The position numbers and the translations under genes were made by a program. From the NCBI GenBank assembly GCA_944386365.1, contig CALXAT010000003.1:12407-76406 (forward strand): a DNA stretch of 64,000 bases, given 5' to 3'. Within the stretch, counting starts at the first letter, position 1. Every line of letters starts with the position of its first letter. This DNA is from an uncultured Clostridia bacterium (GTDB lineage: Bacteria > Bacillota > Clostridia > TANB77 > CAG-508). The notes under the pieces are model-generated. The model ran no database searches and was not told where the DNA came from. It was given only the letters and a program-made list of their open reading frames with translations. Below, piece after piece: positions 25,207 to 34,836 of this stretch.

Positions 25207-27849
25207 TTATTCTATACCTAAAATTATCTTTCTCATTATAGAAACATCACTTATTGATACTTCTTCATTTAAATTTGCATCGGCAGCTAATTTTTGTATG
25301 TCATTTAATTCTTCTATCTCTGTAAGATATTTACGAGCAATACTAACATCTGTTAAAGTAAGTTTTCCGTCACCGCTTATATCACCTAACACAATTAATG
25401 TAAACTCTTTTCCGTTACTATCTTCTAAGATATCTCCTGTTGAAATAATGTCTTCTTCTGTTAATTCTTTATCTTCATGTTTGATAGTATAGTCATCTTG
25501 CAATAATGTAAATGTTTCCTTAAATTCTTTCATAGTTGTTTCTGAATCTATATTCATAATATTATTATCTTTTATCTGATAGCCATCTTTATTATACATA
25601 ATATAAAACTTTACTTTTGAAACATTTCCAGCTTTATCAGTAGCTGTTAATTCATATTGTCCTTCGTCTGTTAATTCACTTCCTAAAGAATATCCTTTTA
25701 CAACTTGTCCATCTAATGTTAATTGAACTGTTTCTAATTGTTTATCACTAACATTTGGAATAATACTTTTAGCATATATCTTTTCATTTTCTACACCTGA
25801 AATTTGAGGTGGACTTTTATCTATTGTTATATTTACATTCTTCTCTTCTGATTGTCCATCATAATTTGAATATTTAGCTTCTACTGTATAAATTCCATTA
25901 TCTGATAATTTTACTTCTGTATTATTAACCTCATTTCTATTTATTATTACCTGGGTTTGTATTCCCTCAGTTTCTTCATATTTTATAGTTATATCTTTAT
26001 TAGTTATCGTGTCATTATTAATATTTTCTCCATCGCTATTTAATATTTGCACTTCCTTTTTATATGATAATGGTATACTTAAATTAATTCCTATTTGTTT
26101 TAAATTCTGATAAAATTCTTGATAAAACAACTTTATACCTCTTCCTGAAGTAGTTTCATAATTTTTAATATCTATTTTTTCTGGCAGTTTATATATTCCT
26201 GTTATATTTCCACTATCACTTCCAGTATAATATTCATTATTATAAAACATGTATAAATTATTATCATTATATTTTGAATTTTGATCATCAATTTTTAATC
26301 CATCTATAAAAATATTTGGCAAATATAAATCATATCCAAAATTATGGAGAATATTCGTATCATCATATGATACCTTAAAATATACTAATTGTTGTGCATT
26401 TTTAGGTTTGTATGTACAATTCGTAATATATATATTTCCATCCCATGTACTTCCATAATCTTGCCTTAGCTCAATCAAATAATTATTTGATAATATTGTT
26501 GAATTAGATATATTCAAATTTCCGCTACCTATAACAGTTATTCCCTTTACTCCTATTGTACAATTATTAATAGTAAGATTATGAACGCCTGTATGGGAAT
26601 CAATTCGATTTAATGTACAATCTTCATATGTAACATCTTTTGCATAATGTGTTCCTCCTATCCCCCATCTATTTTCATCTTCTATATCATTTGAACTAAC
26701 ATTTCTAATTTCTATATTAACAACATTTTCTAAAAATAAATCATAATTTGATTTTTTTTCATATTTATGTGAAAATAAAATACAATCCTTTATATCAACA
26801 TCTGCAACTTCATATAGATATATAAATCCTTTATATGGTCCTCCTATATAATCTTTATTGTTAACTGTATGATTTATATTTTGTATAATTGTATTGCTTC
26901 TTTTACAACATATATTTCTATAAAAATATCCTGTATCTTGTTCATATTTTTCCTCCGGCAATATAGTAACAAAATTACCATTTTCTACTGTTACAGTTTC
27001 TTCTGGTATTGGCATAATTAATATTTCAGATATATTATCAAAATCCCATTGAATTTCATTTAATATATTTCCTTCATTATCAATTTTAAAAATATCTCTT
27101 TGTGATTTTCCTTCATCTTGATTAGTTCCATATCTTATATATTGCATTTTATCTTCATTGTAAACAATACACATTGCATTTCCATATCCAGATAGTTTAG
27201 GAATCTTTGTTGTCATTTTATTAATTTTTATATTTTCTAGAATATTTTTATCAGTAATTGTTATCGCAGCTTGTTTTGATTCTATTACAAACATCATACA
27301 CTTTCTTGTATCTAAATTATTTATCTCTTCATCATGTATTATAAAAGTCGCATTATTCCAATCTGTACTTGTCTGAATTGGAATAAACTTTGTTTGTTCT
27401 AATTTATATATATGATATGTATCTAATGTCGCCTTAACATTATAACCATAATAATTGGCATATACATGTGCATCATAAATTGCCTGATAATTGTCAAATC
27501 CTTCTTCTGAACTTGTTCCAAAGCTTTCATACGTTATGTATTTATTTCCTTGTTCGTCTGTATATACCGGTATATCTTTATGACTCTCTACTATTTCTTG
27601 TATTCCTTTTGAATTTTCTGCTAATGGTGCAAAAATATTATTGTTAAACTCACTTACTTCATCTATTGTATCATACCAATTTTCCTTCATTTCTTTTAGT
27701 TCATTTGGATTGCTATTTTCTGTTTTGTTTATACTGTTTGAAAAATATATATAAGCTAAAATTAATACTAAAAGTATGCTATTTAGTACCAAAAATTTTT
27801 TCAAAGTTTTCATTATCTTGATTTTATTTAGTCTTCTTATATTTTTCAC
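25207..27849 (-). CDS. Secreted or anchored right-handed beta-helix protein with Ig-like modules and a C-terminal dockerin-like domain (putative polysaccharide depolymerase/lyase)
   Basis: 880 aa. Has an N-terminal signal/anchor. Repetitive N.T/NCTI turns (NLTINNCTIGVKGITVIGSGNLNISNSTILSNN) are typical of pectate-lyase-fold proteins. The C-terminus carries two EF-hand-like segments, DISGDGKLTLTD and DANLNEEVSISD. GTG start 6 nt after AAAGGAG. Confidence 0.6.
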   Translation of the reverse strand: MKNIRRLNKIKIMKTLKKFLVLNSILLVLILAYIYFSNSINKTENSNPNELKEMKENWYDTIDEVSEFNNNIFAPLAENSKGIQEIVESHKDIPVYTDEQGNKYITYESFGTSSEEGFDNYQAIYDAHVYANYYGYNVKATLDTYHIYKLEQTKFIPIQTSTDWNNATFIIHDEEINNLDTRKCMMFVIESKQAAITITDKNILENIKINKMTTKIPKLSGYGNAMCIVYNEDKMQYIRYGTNQDEGKSQRDIFKIDNEGNILNEIQWDFDNISEILIMPIPEETVTVENGNFVTILPEEKYEQDTGYFYRNICCKRSNTIIQNINHTVNNKDYIGGPYKGFIYLYEVADVDIKDCILFSHKYEKKSNYDLFLENVVNIEIRNVSSNDIEDENRWGIGGTHYAKDVTYEDCTLNRIDSHTGVHNLTINNCTIGVKGITVIGSGNLNISNSTILSNNYLIELRQDYGSTWDGNIYITNCTYKPKNAQQLVYFKVSYDDTNILHNFGYDLYLPNIFIDGLKIDDQNSKYNDNNLYMFYNNEYYTGSDSGNITGIYKLPEKIDIKNYETTSGRGIKLFYQEFYQNLKQIGINLSIPLSYKKEVQILNSDGENINNDTITNKDITIKYEETEGIQTQVIINRNEVNNTEVKLSDNGIYTVEAKYSNYDGQSEEKNVNITIDKSPPQISGVENEKIYAKSIIPNVSDKQLETVQLTLDGQVVKGYSLGSELTDEGQYELTATDKAGNVSKVKFYIMYNKDGYQIKDNNIMNIDSETTMKEFKETFTLLQDDYTIKHEDKELTEEDIISTGDILEDSNGKEFTLIVLGDISGDGKLTLTDVSIARKYLTEIEELNDIQKLAADANLNEEVSISDVSIMRKIILGIE

Positions 27850-27894
27850 TTATTTCTCCTTTATATAAATATCCTATTATATTATATACCTTTT

Positions 27895-27939
27895 ATATAA
27901 CAAAAATGTTACATAATCTTTAAGATTTTGTAACATTTT
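27895..27939. terminator. Terminator at the end of the main cps operon (after ugd)
   Basis: AAAATGTTACA (27903-27913) / TGTAACATTTT (27929-27939) with an inner AATCTT/AAGATT stem. T-runs on both strands. Confidence 0.65.
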
Positions 27940-27954
27940 TATACTTATATTTTC

Positions 27955-29265
27955 TTATTTATTCATATTATTAATTGTTTTTCTTCCTATAGATTCATAT
28001 ATCATTTTTACTTTTTTAACTTCATTTAAATCATAACAATTACGTCCATCAAGTACTATTGGTGTTTTCATTAATTCGCTGTATTTATCTAACTCTATAT
28101 TTTTAATTTCATCCCATTCTGTAAATATGAAACATATATCTGCATTTTTTAACGTTTCCTCTATATTATTACAGTATGTAATTTCTTTAGGATATATTTT
28201 CTTAAAGTTCTTTTCTCCTACTGGATCATATGCTTTAATATTAGCTCCTTCATCTAATAATATTGGCATATTATATAAAGATGGTGCCTCCCTTAAGTCA
28301 TCCGTATTTGGCTTGAAAGTAAGTCCTAATACTGCTATATTTAGTCCTTCAAAATCAGCATAATATTTTCTTGCTTTTTTTATTAATTTTAATTTCTGAT
28401 TGCTATTAACTTCTATTGCTGCTTTAATTGTCTTTAATTCATAATCATTAAAATTAGCTAACCAACTTAGTGCTTTTGTATCCTTTGGGAAACAAGAACC
28501 ACCATATCCAATACCAGCATTTAAGAATTTATTTCCTATTCTTGCATCCATTCCCATACCTTTAGCTACGTCTTGAATATTTGCCCCAACGATTTCACAT
28601 AAATTAGCAATTTCATTCATGTATGAGATCTTTAATGCTAAGAAATCATTTGAAGCATATTTAATCATTTCAGCACTTTCTCTATCTGTTATAACATATG
28701 GTTGTCCAAATCCGTCATATACTTCCTTCATAACTTTTTCTGCAAATTTTGAATTTACACCTATTACTATTCTTTGTGCGTGTAATGTATCTCTTACCGC
28801 TGTTCCTTGTGATAAAAATTCCGGATTAGAAACAACTTCTATTCTTACCTTATTTTTTAGGTTACTATTCAAATATTTTTCTATCTTCTTATTGGTTCCA
28901 ATTGGTACTGTTGATTTTATAACAACTATTACATCTTTTTTTACATTTTCTGCTATTTCTTTTGCAACTTCATATACATATTTTAGATTTGCACTACCAT
29001 CTTTTTTCTCTGGTGTTCCTACTCCTACAAATATAACATCAGCATCTTCATATGCTTTCTTACTATCTAATGTAAATTTAAGTCTTTCTCTATTCTTTTT
29101 CATTAGTTCTTCCAAACCTGGTTCAAATATAGGACTTTTTCCTTCATTTAAAATCTTAATTTTACTTTCATCTACATCTACACATGTAACACTATGTCCC
29201 ACCTCTGATAAACATACTCCCGTTACTAATCCTACATAACCTGTTCCTGCTACTACTATTTTCAT
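27955..29265 (-). CDS. ugd: UDP-glucose 6-dehydrogenase
   Basis: 436 aa. Has MKIVVAGTGYVGLVTG and the catalytic GGSCFPKD. Confidence 0.93.
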   Translation of the reverse strand: MKIVVAGTGYVGLVTGVCLSEVGHSVTCVDVDESKIKILNEGKSPIFEPGLEELMKKNRERLKFTLDSKKAYEDADVIFVGVGTPEKKDGSANLKYVYEVAKEIAENVKKDVIVVIKSTVPIGTNKKIEKYLNSNLKNKVRIEVVSNPEFLSQGTAVRDTLHAQRIVIGVNSKFAEKVMKEVYDGFGQPYVITDRESAEMIKYASNDFLALKISYMNEIANLCEIVGANIQDVAKGMGMDARIGNKFLNAGIGYGGSCFPKDTKALSWLANFNDYELKTIKAAIEVNSNQKLKLIKKARKYYADFEGLNIAVLGLTFKPNTDDLREAPSLYNMPILLDEGANIKAYDPVGEKNFKKIYPKEITYCNNIEETLKNADICFIFTEWDEIKNIELDKYSELMKTPIVLDGRNCYDLNEVKKVKMIYESIGRKTINNMNK

Positions 29266-29266
29266 T

Positions 29267-30682
29267 TTATTCCTCTCCTTTTCTAAATTTTATAACTTTT
29301 ATAACATCTTTAAATGTTAATAATCCATATATTAAAACTCCAAATACAACTTGAAGAATTATACAGCATAAATCATTGCTTATTAAATAATTTATTGGAT
29401 AAATTAATATATACATAATTAATGCGCATAAAAAATATTTTACAAATGTACCCATGTATTGACTTAGTTTTAATTCTTTCCATACAGCTATAGATTGAAC
29501 AAACATAACTGAAAACTCTGCTAAAATCGTTCCTACAACAGCTCCCATTGCATTATATTTAGGAATCAATATACAATTAGTTACCATATTTATAACTGCT
29601 CCTATACTTACCGATATTATATATACCTTGTCTTTTTCTTTCGGTATTAAATATTGTGTTCTTAATACATTTGCAAAAGCTATAAATATAATTGTAACTG
29701 ATAAGTATTTCATTAATATTCCTGTTTCTGCAAATTCAGCTCCAAAATATATTGGTGCAAATTTTTCTCCAATAGCCATAATTCCAGCTGTCATTGGAAA
29801 AGCAACTAACAAAATTAATTTTATAGATTTTCTTATATATTCTTTTGCTTCTTGTTCTTTATCATTTTGCATTAAATTAGACATTCTTGGAAGCATTACT
29901 GTTCCAACTGCCGTAATAATACTTGTCGGTATATTAATTACCTTTTCTCCATTTTCAAATAAAGCTACATACTTTATATCAGCCATATTACCTAACATAA
30001 CTTTATCTATAACCTTATATAAGCTCACTGCAATAACTGGTATAAATAAAATTAAATTTGGTTTTATATGTTGTATCACTTCACTAGCCGTTACTTTTTG
30101 TAGCTTTATTTCTTTTCTTAAAAACCCCCATAAAAATATTTGACTAATAAAATTAGATAAAGACATAATCACCGTATATATATATATATCTTCTGGTTTT
30201 TTTACAAAAATAAATATACTTAAAACAGACAATACTTTTACGATAATATTTCTAGTTACTGTTATTTTAAATTTTTCCAGACCGAAAAAAAACCAATTTA
30301 TATCTATAGCACTTCCCAATAAATATATGATTTGTATTAATGCTATTTCATGATATTTACATAAACCTGAAAATGCATATATGGTATATATTATTATAAC
30401 TATCAATCCTACTAAAATTTGCATCAAATATATAGAACAAAATTTTCTAGAAGCATCATTCTTATCTTCTCTAACTTGTGCAATTGTTCTATTACCGTAA
30501 TTATTTAGTCCTAATAATATAAATAAGGAAAAATAATAAACTACTGAATATGAGTATGAATATTGTCCTAAAACATCTGCTCCCATAACTCTTGAAATAT
30601 AAGGTGCGGTTATTAATGGTAATATGATTATTAATATTTGATAAATTACATTGTATGATATATTTTTCTTTATGTTTTCCAT
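29267..30682 (-). CDS. wzx: Wzx-type oligosaccharide flippase (MOP/PST family)
   Basis: 471 aa, about 12-14 TM helices, polysaccharide biosynthesis protein pattern. Lies 1 nt from ugd. Confidence 0.8.
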   Translation of the reverse strand: MENIKKNISYNVIYQILIIILPLITAPYISRVMGADVLGQYSYSYSVVYYFSLFILLGLNNYGNRTIAQVREDKNDASRKFCSIYLMQILVGLIVIIIYTIYAFSGLCKYHEIALIQIIYLLGSAIDINWFFFGLEKFKITVTRNIIVKVLSVLSIFIFVKKPEDIYIYTVIMSLSNFISQIFLWGFLRKEIKLQKVTASEVIQHIKPNLILFIPVIAVSLYKVIDKVMLGNMADIKYVALFENGEKVINIPTSIITAVGTVMLPRMSNLMQNDKEQEAKEYIRKSIKLILLVAFPMTAGIMAIGEKFAPIYFGAEFAETGILMKYLSVTIIFIAFANVLRTQYLIPKEKDKVYIISVSIGAVINMVTNCILIPKYNAMGAVVGTILAEFSVMFVQSIAVWKELKLSQYMGTFVKYFLCALIMYILIYPINYLISNDLCCIILQVVFGVLIYGLLTFKDVIKVIKFRKGEE

Positions 30683-30696
30683 TCCAATTCCCTTCT

Positions 30697-31704
30697 TTAG
30701 ATTCTTATAAACTGTTTCACTTTAGGTATTTTACTTATTATTATAGAGCAAACTAAACTAATCACAATCGCGCATATCCACATAACAATAGCATATAATG
30801 GACCTTTTTCATGATAAGACAAATTTAGAATATTTATAATCATCGGATGTAAAATATATATTCCCATTATATAATTTGATAAATACTCAATTATTCTTTT
30901 AAACCTATATCCCTCAATTTTTATACTATTTAACAAATTAAAGATAGATATTACCCATAAAATAATTATTAAATTACCATATATATATTCAGAATTTATT
31001 GTAAAGCTTATTTTTACAAATAATTGATATTGATAAACAAAACTAATAATAGTTAATATCGTAGTAATAATAATATTTTTCTTAATAGTTATATTATTTT
31101 GAATATATCTACTATAATATCCACCCATAAAAAAGTATAAAAACCATATCCATATTCTAAAACATTGAGGAATATTTTCTAATATGTTTGTATTATATTT
31201 AACATACATATAATTAAATATAATATCAATGATCACACTAATTGATAATATCAAAATGATTACGTTTCTAAATTTGTTTTTATTATCAAAAATTTTAAAT
31301 TTATAAAGTATTGGTAATATAATATATATTATAATTAATGCCCAAAAAAACCATAAATGTGCCAATGCACCATCTTGTGTAAATGTTCCTAAAAATATAC
31401 TTAATACATTAGTAATTCCTTTTTTTCTTATTGAATCTAATATAACATAAGCAAGTGTCCAAAACACAATAACAAGTAATATGTTTTTTGTTTTATGCAA
31501 CACATATTTGTAATCTATTTTCTCTTTTTTTAATAATAAATATCCATTTACCATTAAAAATAATGGTACTGCACATCTAGAAATATAATATAGTATTGGA
31601 TTATGTATTAGTTCTAATTGATAATTTCTTTGAGTGTGTAAAGCAACTACAAAGAAACAAGCTAATATTTTTATCAAATCAATATTCAAATTTCTCTTGT
31701 TCAT
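30697..31704 (-). CDS. Acyltransferase-3 family membrane O-acetyltransferase
   Basis: 335 aa. The start NIDLIKILACFFVVALH is typical of acyltransferase_3. Polytopic. Confidence 0.8.
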   Translation of the reverse strand: MNKRNLNIDLIKILACFFVVALHTQRNYQLELIHNPILYYISRCAVPLFLMVNGYLLLKKEKIDYKYVLHKTKNILLVIVFWTLAYVILDSIRKKGITNVLSIFLGTFTQDGALAHLWFFWALIIIYIILPILYKFKIFDNKNKFRNVIILILSISVIIDIIFNYMYVKYNTNILENIPQCFRIWIWFLYFFMGGYYSRYIQNNITIKKNIIITTILTIISFVYQYQLFVKISFTINSEYIYGNLIIILWVISIFNLLNSIKIEGYRFKRIIEYLSNYIMGIYILHPMIINILNLSYHEKGPLYAIVMWICAIVISLVCSIIISKIPKVKQFIRI

Positions 31705-32849
31705 AATTCTTCCTTTTCTTCTCTCTTACTAATAATCTTTTTATATAATAAGCTAGCTAATATTATTAAAAGTGTATTAAACTGTATTTTAAATAATGTA
31801 TTTTCAAACATCGCATTAATGCCATATACTAACCATAGCATAATTATACTATATTCCTTTCTTTTATATAGGTCCCTTGTTATTGTAAGCATTATCAAAT
31901 ATATTATAATGTAAGCTATAAGTCCATATCGTAATAAAACAACTAAATAAGAATTATCTAATACCCATGGTTGTTCACTATTAGCTCTAGCTTCTTGCGT
32001 ATATTTCATTTCAATATCATTACCTAATAAATTAATGTCATAATATTCTAAGAATTGAGATGCATATGCTATCCTATTAGATAATAAGTCATTTAATTGT
32101 ACAGCCCATTCCCTATTTTCTCTATAATTATTAGCAAGTAAAATTGAAATAATAGTAAAAATAAGAAATGAATTAATAATAAGTAACTTCATAAATTTAA
32201 AATTTATAATATTAATATGTTTTCTTAATATTATCATTATTAAAAATAATATTCCCAAGCATATTTGACTTGTTCTACTATTAGAAAAATAATTAATTAA
32301 AATTATTGACAATAATACATATACATAATCTACAAATTTTAGTTTTTTAAACCTTAATAAAACAAGGTCTATACATATAACTAATAAATACTGCCCAAAA
32401 TTATTGGGATGTGCAAATCCCATTGAACTACGCATAGTTCCATCTTCTCTATACATAAAATAGTTTTCTGTTAATCCGATGTTATATAACAATATAACAA
32501 CACACATAAATATTATCCTTATAATAACATCTAATTTTATAAATTTCTTAAATTCTATATCTCCAAAAGCAATAGATAAAATAAATACTTTTAGTAATAA
32601 ATTATCTTTACTTTTTATTGTGACTAGAATAAGTATTATTGTTACTATTATTAATCCTATTAAAGTTTTATAATTATATTTATTTATTATAACACTATTT
32701 ATAGCTGCTAATATTAATATCCCTAGTCCTATATTATTTATAATTGATATTAAATTTTCAAATAGTATGACTTTTGAAAACATTTCAGAGAAAATAATCA
32801 TAATATAGCCAATAAAGAACAATAATTCACTTACTTTTACTTTTTTCAT
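31701..32849 (-). CDS. wzy: Wzy-type repeat-unit polymerase (O-antigen polymerase/ligase-like)
   Basis: 382 aa, polytopic, with a large loop (SSMGFAHPNNFGQ). Has 4-nt overlaps with both neighbours. Confidence 0.65.
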   Translation of the reverse strand: MKKVKVSELLFFIGYIMIIFSEMFSKVILFENLISIINNIGLGILILAAINSVIINKYNYKTLIGLIIVTIILILVTIKSKDNLLLKVFILSIAFGDIEFKKFIKLDVIIRIIFMCVVILLYNIGLTENYFMYREDGTMRSSMGFAHPNNFGQYLLVICIDLVLLRFKKLKFVDYVYVLLSIILINYFSNSRTSQICLGILFLIMIILRKHINIINFKFMKLLIINSFLIFTIISILLANNYRENREWAVQLNDLLSNRIAYASQFLEYYDINLLGNDIEMKYTQEARANSEQPWVLDNSYLVVLLRYGLIAYIIIYLIMLTITRDLYKRKEYSIIMLWLVYGINAMFENTLFKIQFNTLLIILASLLYKKIISKREEKEEL

Positions 32850-33847
32850 CTGTTTTTTCCTTTTTTTAATTTTAAATATATATATCTATTCATATTACTT
32901 GTAAACAATTTTTCAAACATTAGTCTGTACTCAAAATTACGAATTATCTTATCCGCTTTTTTACTATAATGTCTTTTTCCCTTTAAATCTATATCCTTAA
33001 AATACTTTTTAAACATATAAAATATGGCTTTTCTATCCCATTTATTATCAAAATATCTTAACTTGTTAAACTGATAATAATAATGTATTGCTTCTGCAAA
33101 AACAATTTTATTTTCATAGATTTCTTTTTGATTTATTTTAATGTAAAAATCTCTTATACACTTAAAAGTATCAATTATTCCAAGTATTTTAAATGTATAT
33201 GTCCTAGAAATACTTCCATCTAATATTCTATATTTATATATATATTGATTTGTTATATATACATTATTACAATAAATTAAATATTTTACAAAAAAATCTA
33301 AATCCTGACCTATTTTTACATGATCAAATAATAATTTTTCTTTTTTAATTTTTTCTAAATTATAAATTTTTGTTCCTGGTTTAGGATCTGCTACACACAA
33401 TTCTAAAATTTCTTCACCGGTTATTATTTTATTTTCTTTATAATCCTGAACTATTGAAAGTATATTTCCATCTTTATCAATTTTTTTATAATTTCCTATA
33501 ACTAAATCGATTTTCTCTTTTTCTATTTTTTCTAAATCTATATTATTTATCATGTTATCTTCTAACTCATCATCTGCATCTAAAAATATTACCCATTTAC
33601 CGTTAGCCTCTTCTATTCCTCTATTTCTAGCATAAGTAGCACCTTTATTCTCCTGATATATATATTTTATCTTATCATTTTTATTTGCATATTTTTTTAA
33701 TATTTGTTCTGTATTATCTGTTGAACCATCATTTATTACGATTATCTCATAATCATTTTGAATCTCTTGCTTTTCAATTGATTCTATACATTTTTGAATA
33801 TATTGATCACAATTATATGCTGGTATTATAAAACTTATTTTTTTCAT
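32846..33847 (-). CDS. Family-2 glycosyltransferase
   Basis: 333 aa. Has ISFIIPAYNC, VINDGSTDNT and LDADDE. Confidence 0.88.
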   Translation of the reverse strand: MKKISFIIPAYNCDQYIQKCIESIEKQEIQNDYEIIVINDGSTDNTEQILKKYANKNDKIKYIYQENKGATYARNRGIEEANGKWVIFLDADDELEDNMINNIDLEKIEKEKIDLVIGNYKKIDKDGNILSIVQDYKENKIITGEEILELCVADPKPGTKIYNLEKIKKEKLLFDHVKIGQDLDFFVKYLIYCNNVYITNQYIYKYRILDGSISRTYTFKILGIIDTFKCIRDFYIKINQKEIYENKIVFAEAIHYYYQFNKLRYFDNKWDRKAIFYMFKKYFKDIDLKGKRHYSKKADKIIRNFEYRLMFEKLFTSNMNRYIYLKLKKGKNR

Positions 33848-33858
33848 TTTTCCTCCCC

Positions 33859-34812
33859 TTATTTTTCTAAACTTGTATTTATATCATAATACTCTTTTGG
33901 AAAAAATTTTTGTTTTAACTTAACGATTATAGCTCTAAACCTATTTATTTTACTATTTTCATATTTTGTCCATTTATCAATAAATTCTTTAAATTCTTTC
34001 TTTTTAAAAATATCATATAATAATTGTAATTGCATTATATGTAAATTATGATAAGCAGGACTTGCTATAGTTTTCTTCAAATCATAGTTAGACCAATATT
34101 TTCTATCATATTCCTTTATTTTTTGAGATAATGTTTCTATTGTTTTTTCTAAAATTTTCCTATACTTTTCTTCTTTTTCAATAAGACAAAAATCATATAA
34201 TCCAAATATAGAAAATATCCAACCATTTAATACTGATAAATTATACTCTGACACATATTCTTGAAATATTACACTATCATCCTGATATAAGCATGTTCCT
34301 CCATCTTTTACATCTTTTATCATAAAATCTATTGCCTTTTTTGCTGCATCAAAATATTTTTTTTCATTTTTTTGTGTATAAGCTCTAAGTAAAACAGAAA
34401 CCCCCTGACTTTGGCACATAGACGATTGTGTTTTGTGAGCCTTATCTCTTAACTTTGCAAAACAATCCCACATTCCGTCATTTTCTTGATTTTCTATTGC
34501 CCAATTTGCAATCTTAAAAAATTTATCTAAATATTCTTCTTTATTTTCCAATAAAAATAAATCATAAAGACCTAATCCATACTGAAAAATTGAAATTGGA
34601 AAATATGCTTTAACTCCTGCTATTGTTGTATTTACAGGTATACCATCTTCATCTAAAACGGTATTATTTGATACTTTATTGGTTAAATCATTATAATATC
34701 CTTTTATTTCTGTTGCTGAATATATTCTTCCTACCCCTTGTTTAACATTAAATGTACTTTTGCCTGTCAGCATATCTTTCCATCTTTTTATCAATTTTAA
34801 TTTATTCTTCAT
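33859..34812 (-). CDS. D-glucuronyl C5-epimerase C-terminal-domain family protein
   Basis: 317 aa. SSMCQSQGVSVLLRAY, LNGWIFSIFGLYD, YWSNYDL and YHNLHIMQLQLL...FKEFIDKWTKY align with my recollection of the human GLCE C-terminal domain (SAMAQGQAISTLVRAY, LNGFMYSLIGLYD, YDL, YHTTHINQLQLL..FKEFVKRWKSY). Confidence 0.75.
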   Translation of the reverse strand: MKNKLKLIKRWKDMLTGKSTFNVKQGVGRIYSATEIKGYYNDLTNKVSNNTVLDEDGIPVNTTIAGVKAYFPISIFQYGLGLYDLFLLENKEEYLDKFFKIANWAIENQENDGMWDCFAKLRDKAHKTQSSMCQSQGVSVLLRAYTQKNEKKYFDAAKKAIDFMIKDVKDGGTCLYQDDSVIFQEYVSEYNLSVLNGWIFSIFGLYDFCLIEKEEKYRKILEKTIETLSQKIKEYDRKYWSNYDLKKTIASPAYHNLHIMQLQLLYDIFKKKEFKEFIDKWTKYENSKINRFRAIIVKLKQKFFPKEYYDINTSLEK

Positions 34813-34836
34813 GATATACTTCCTCTCTGATATTTT

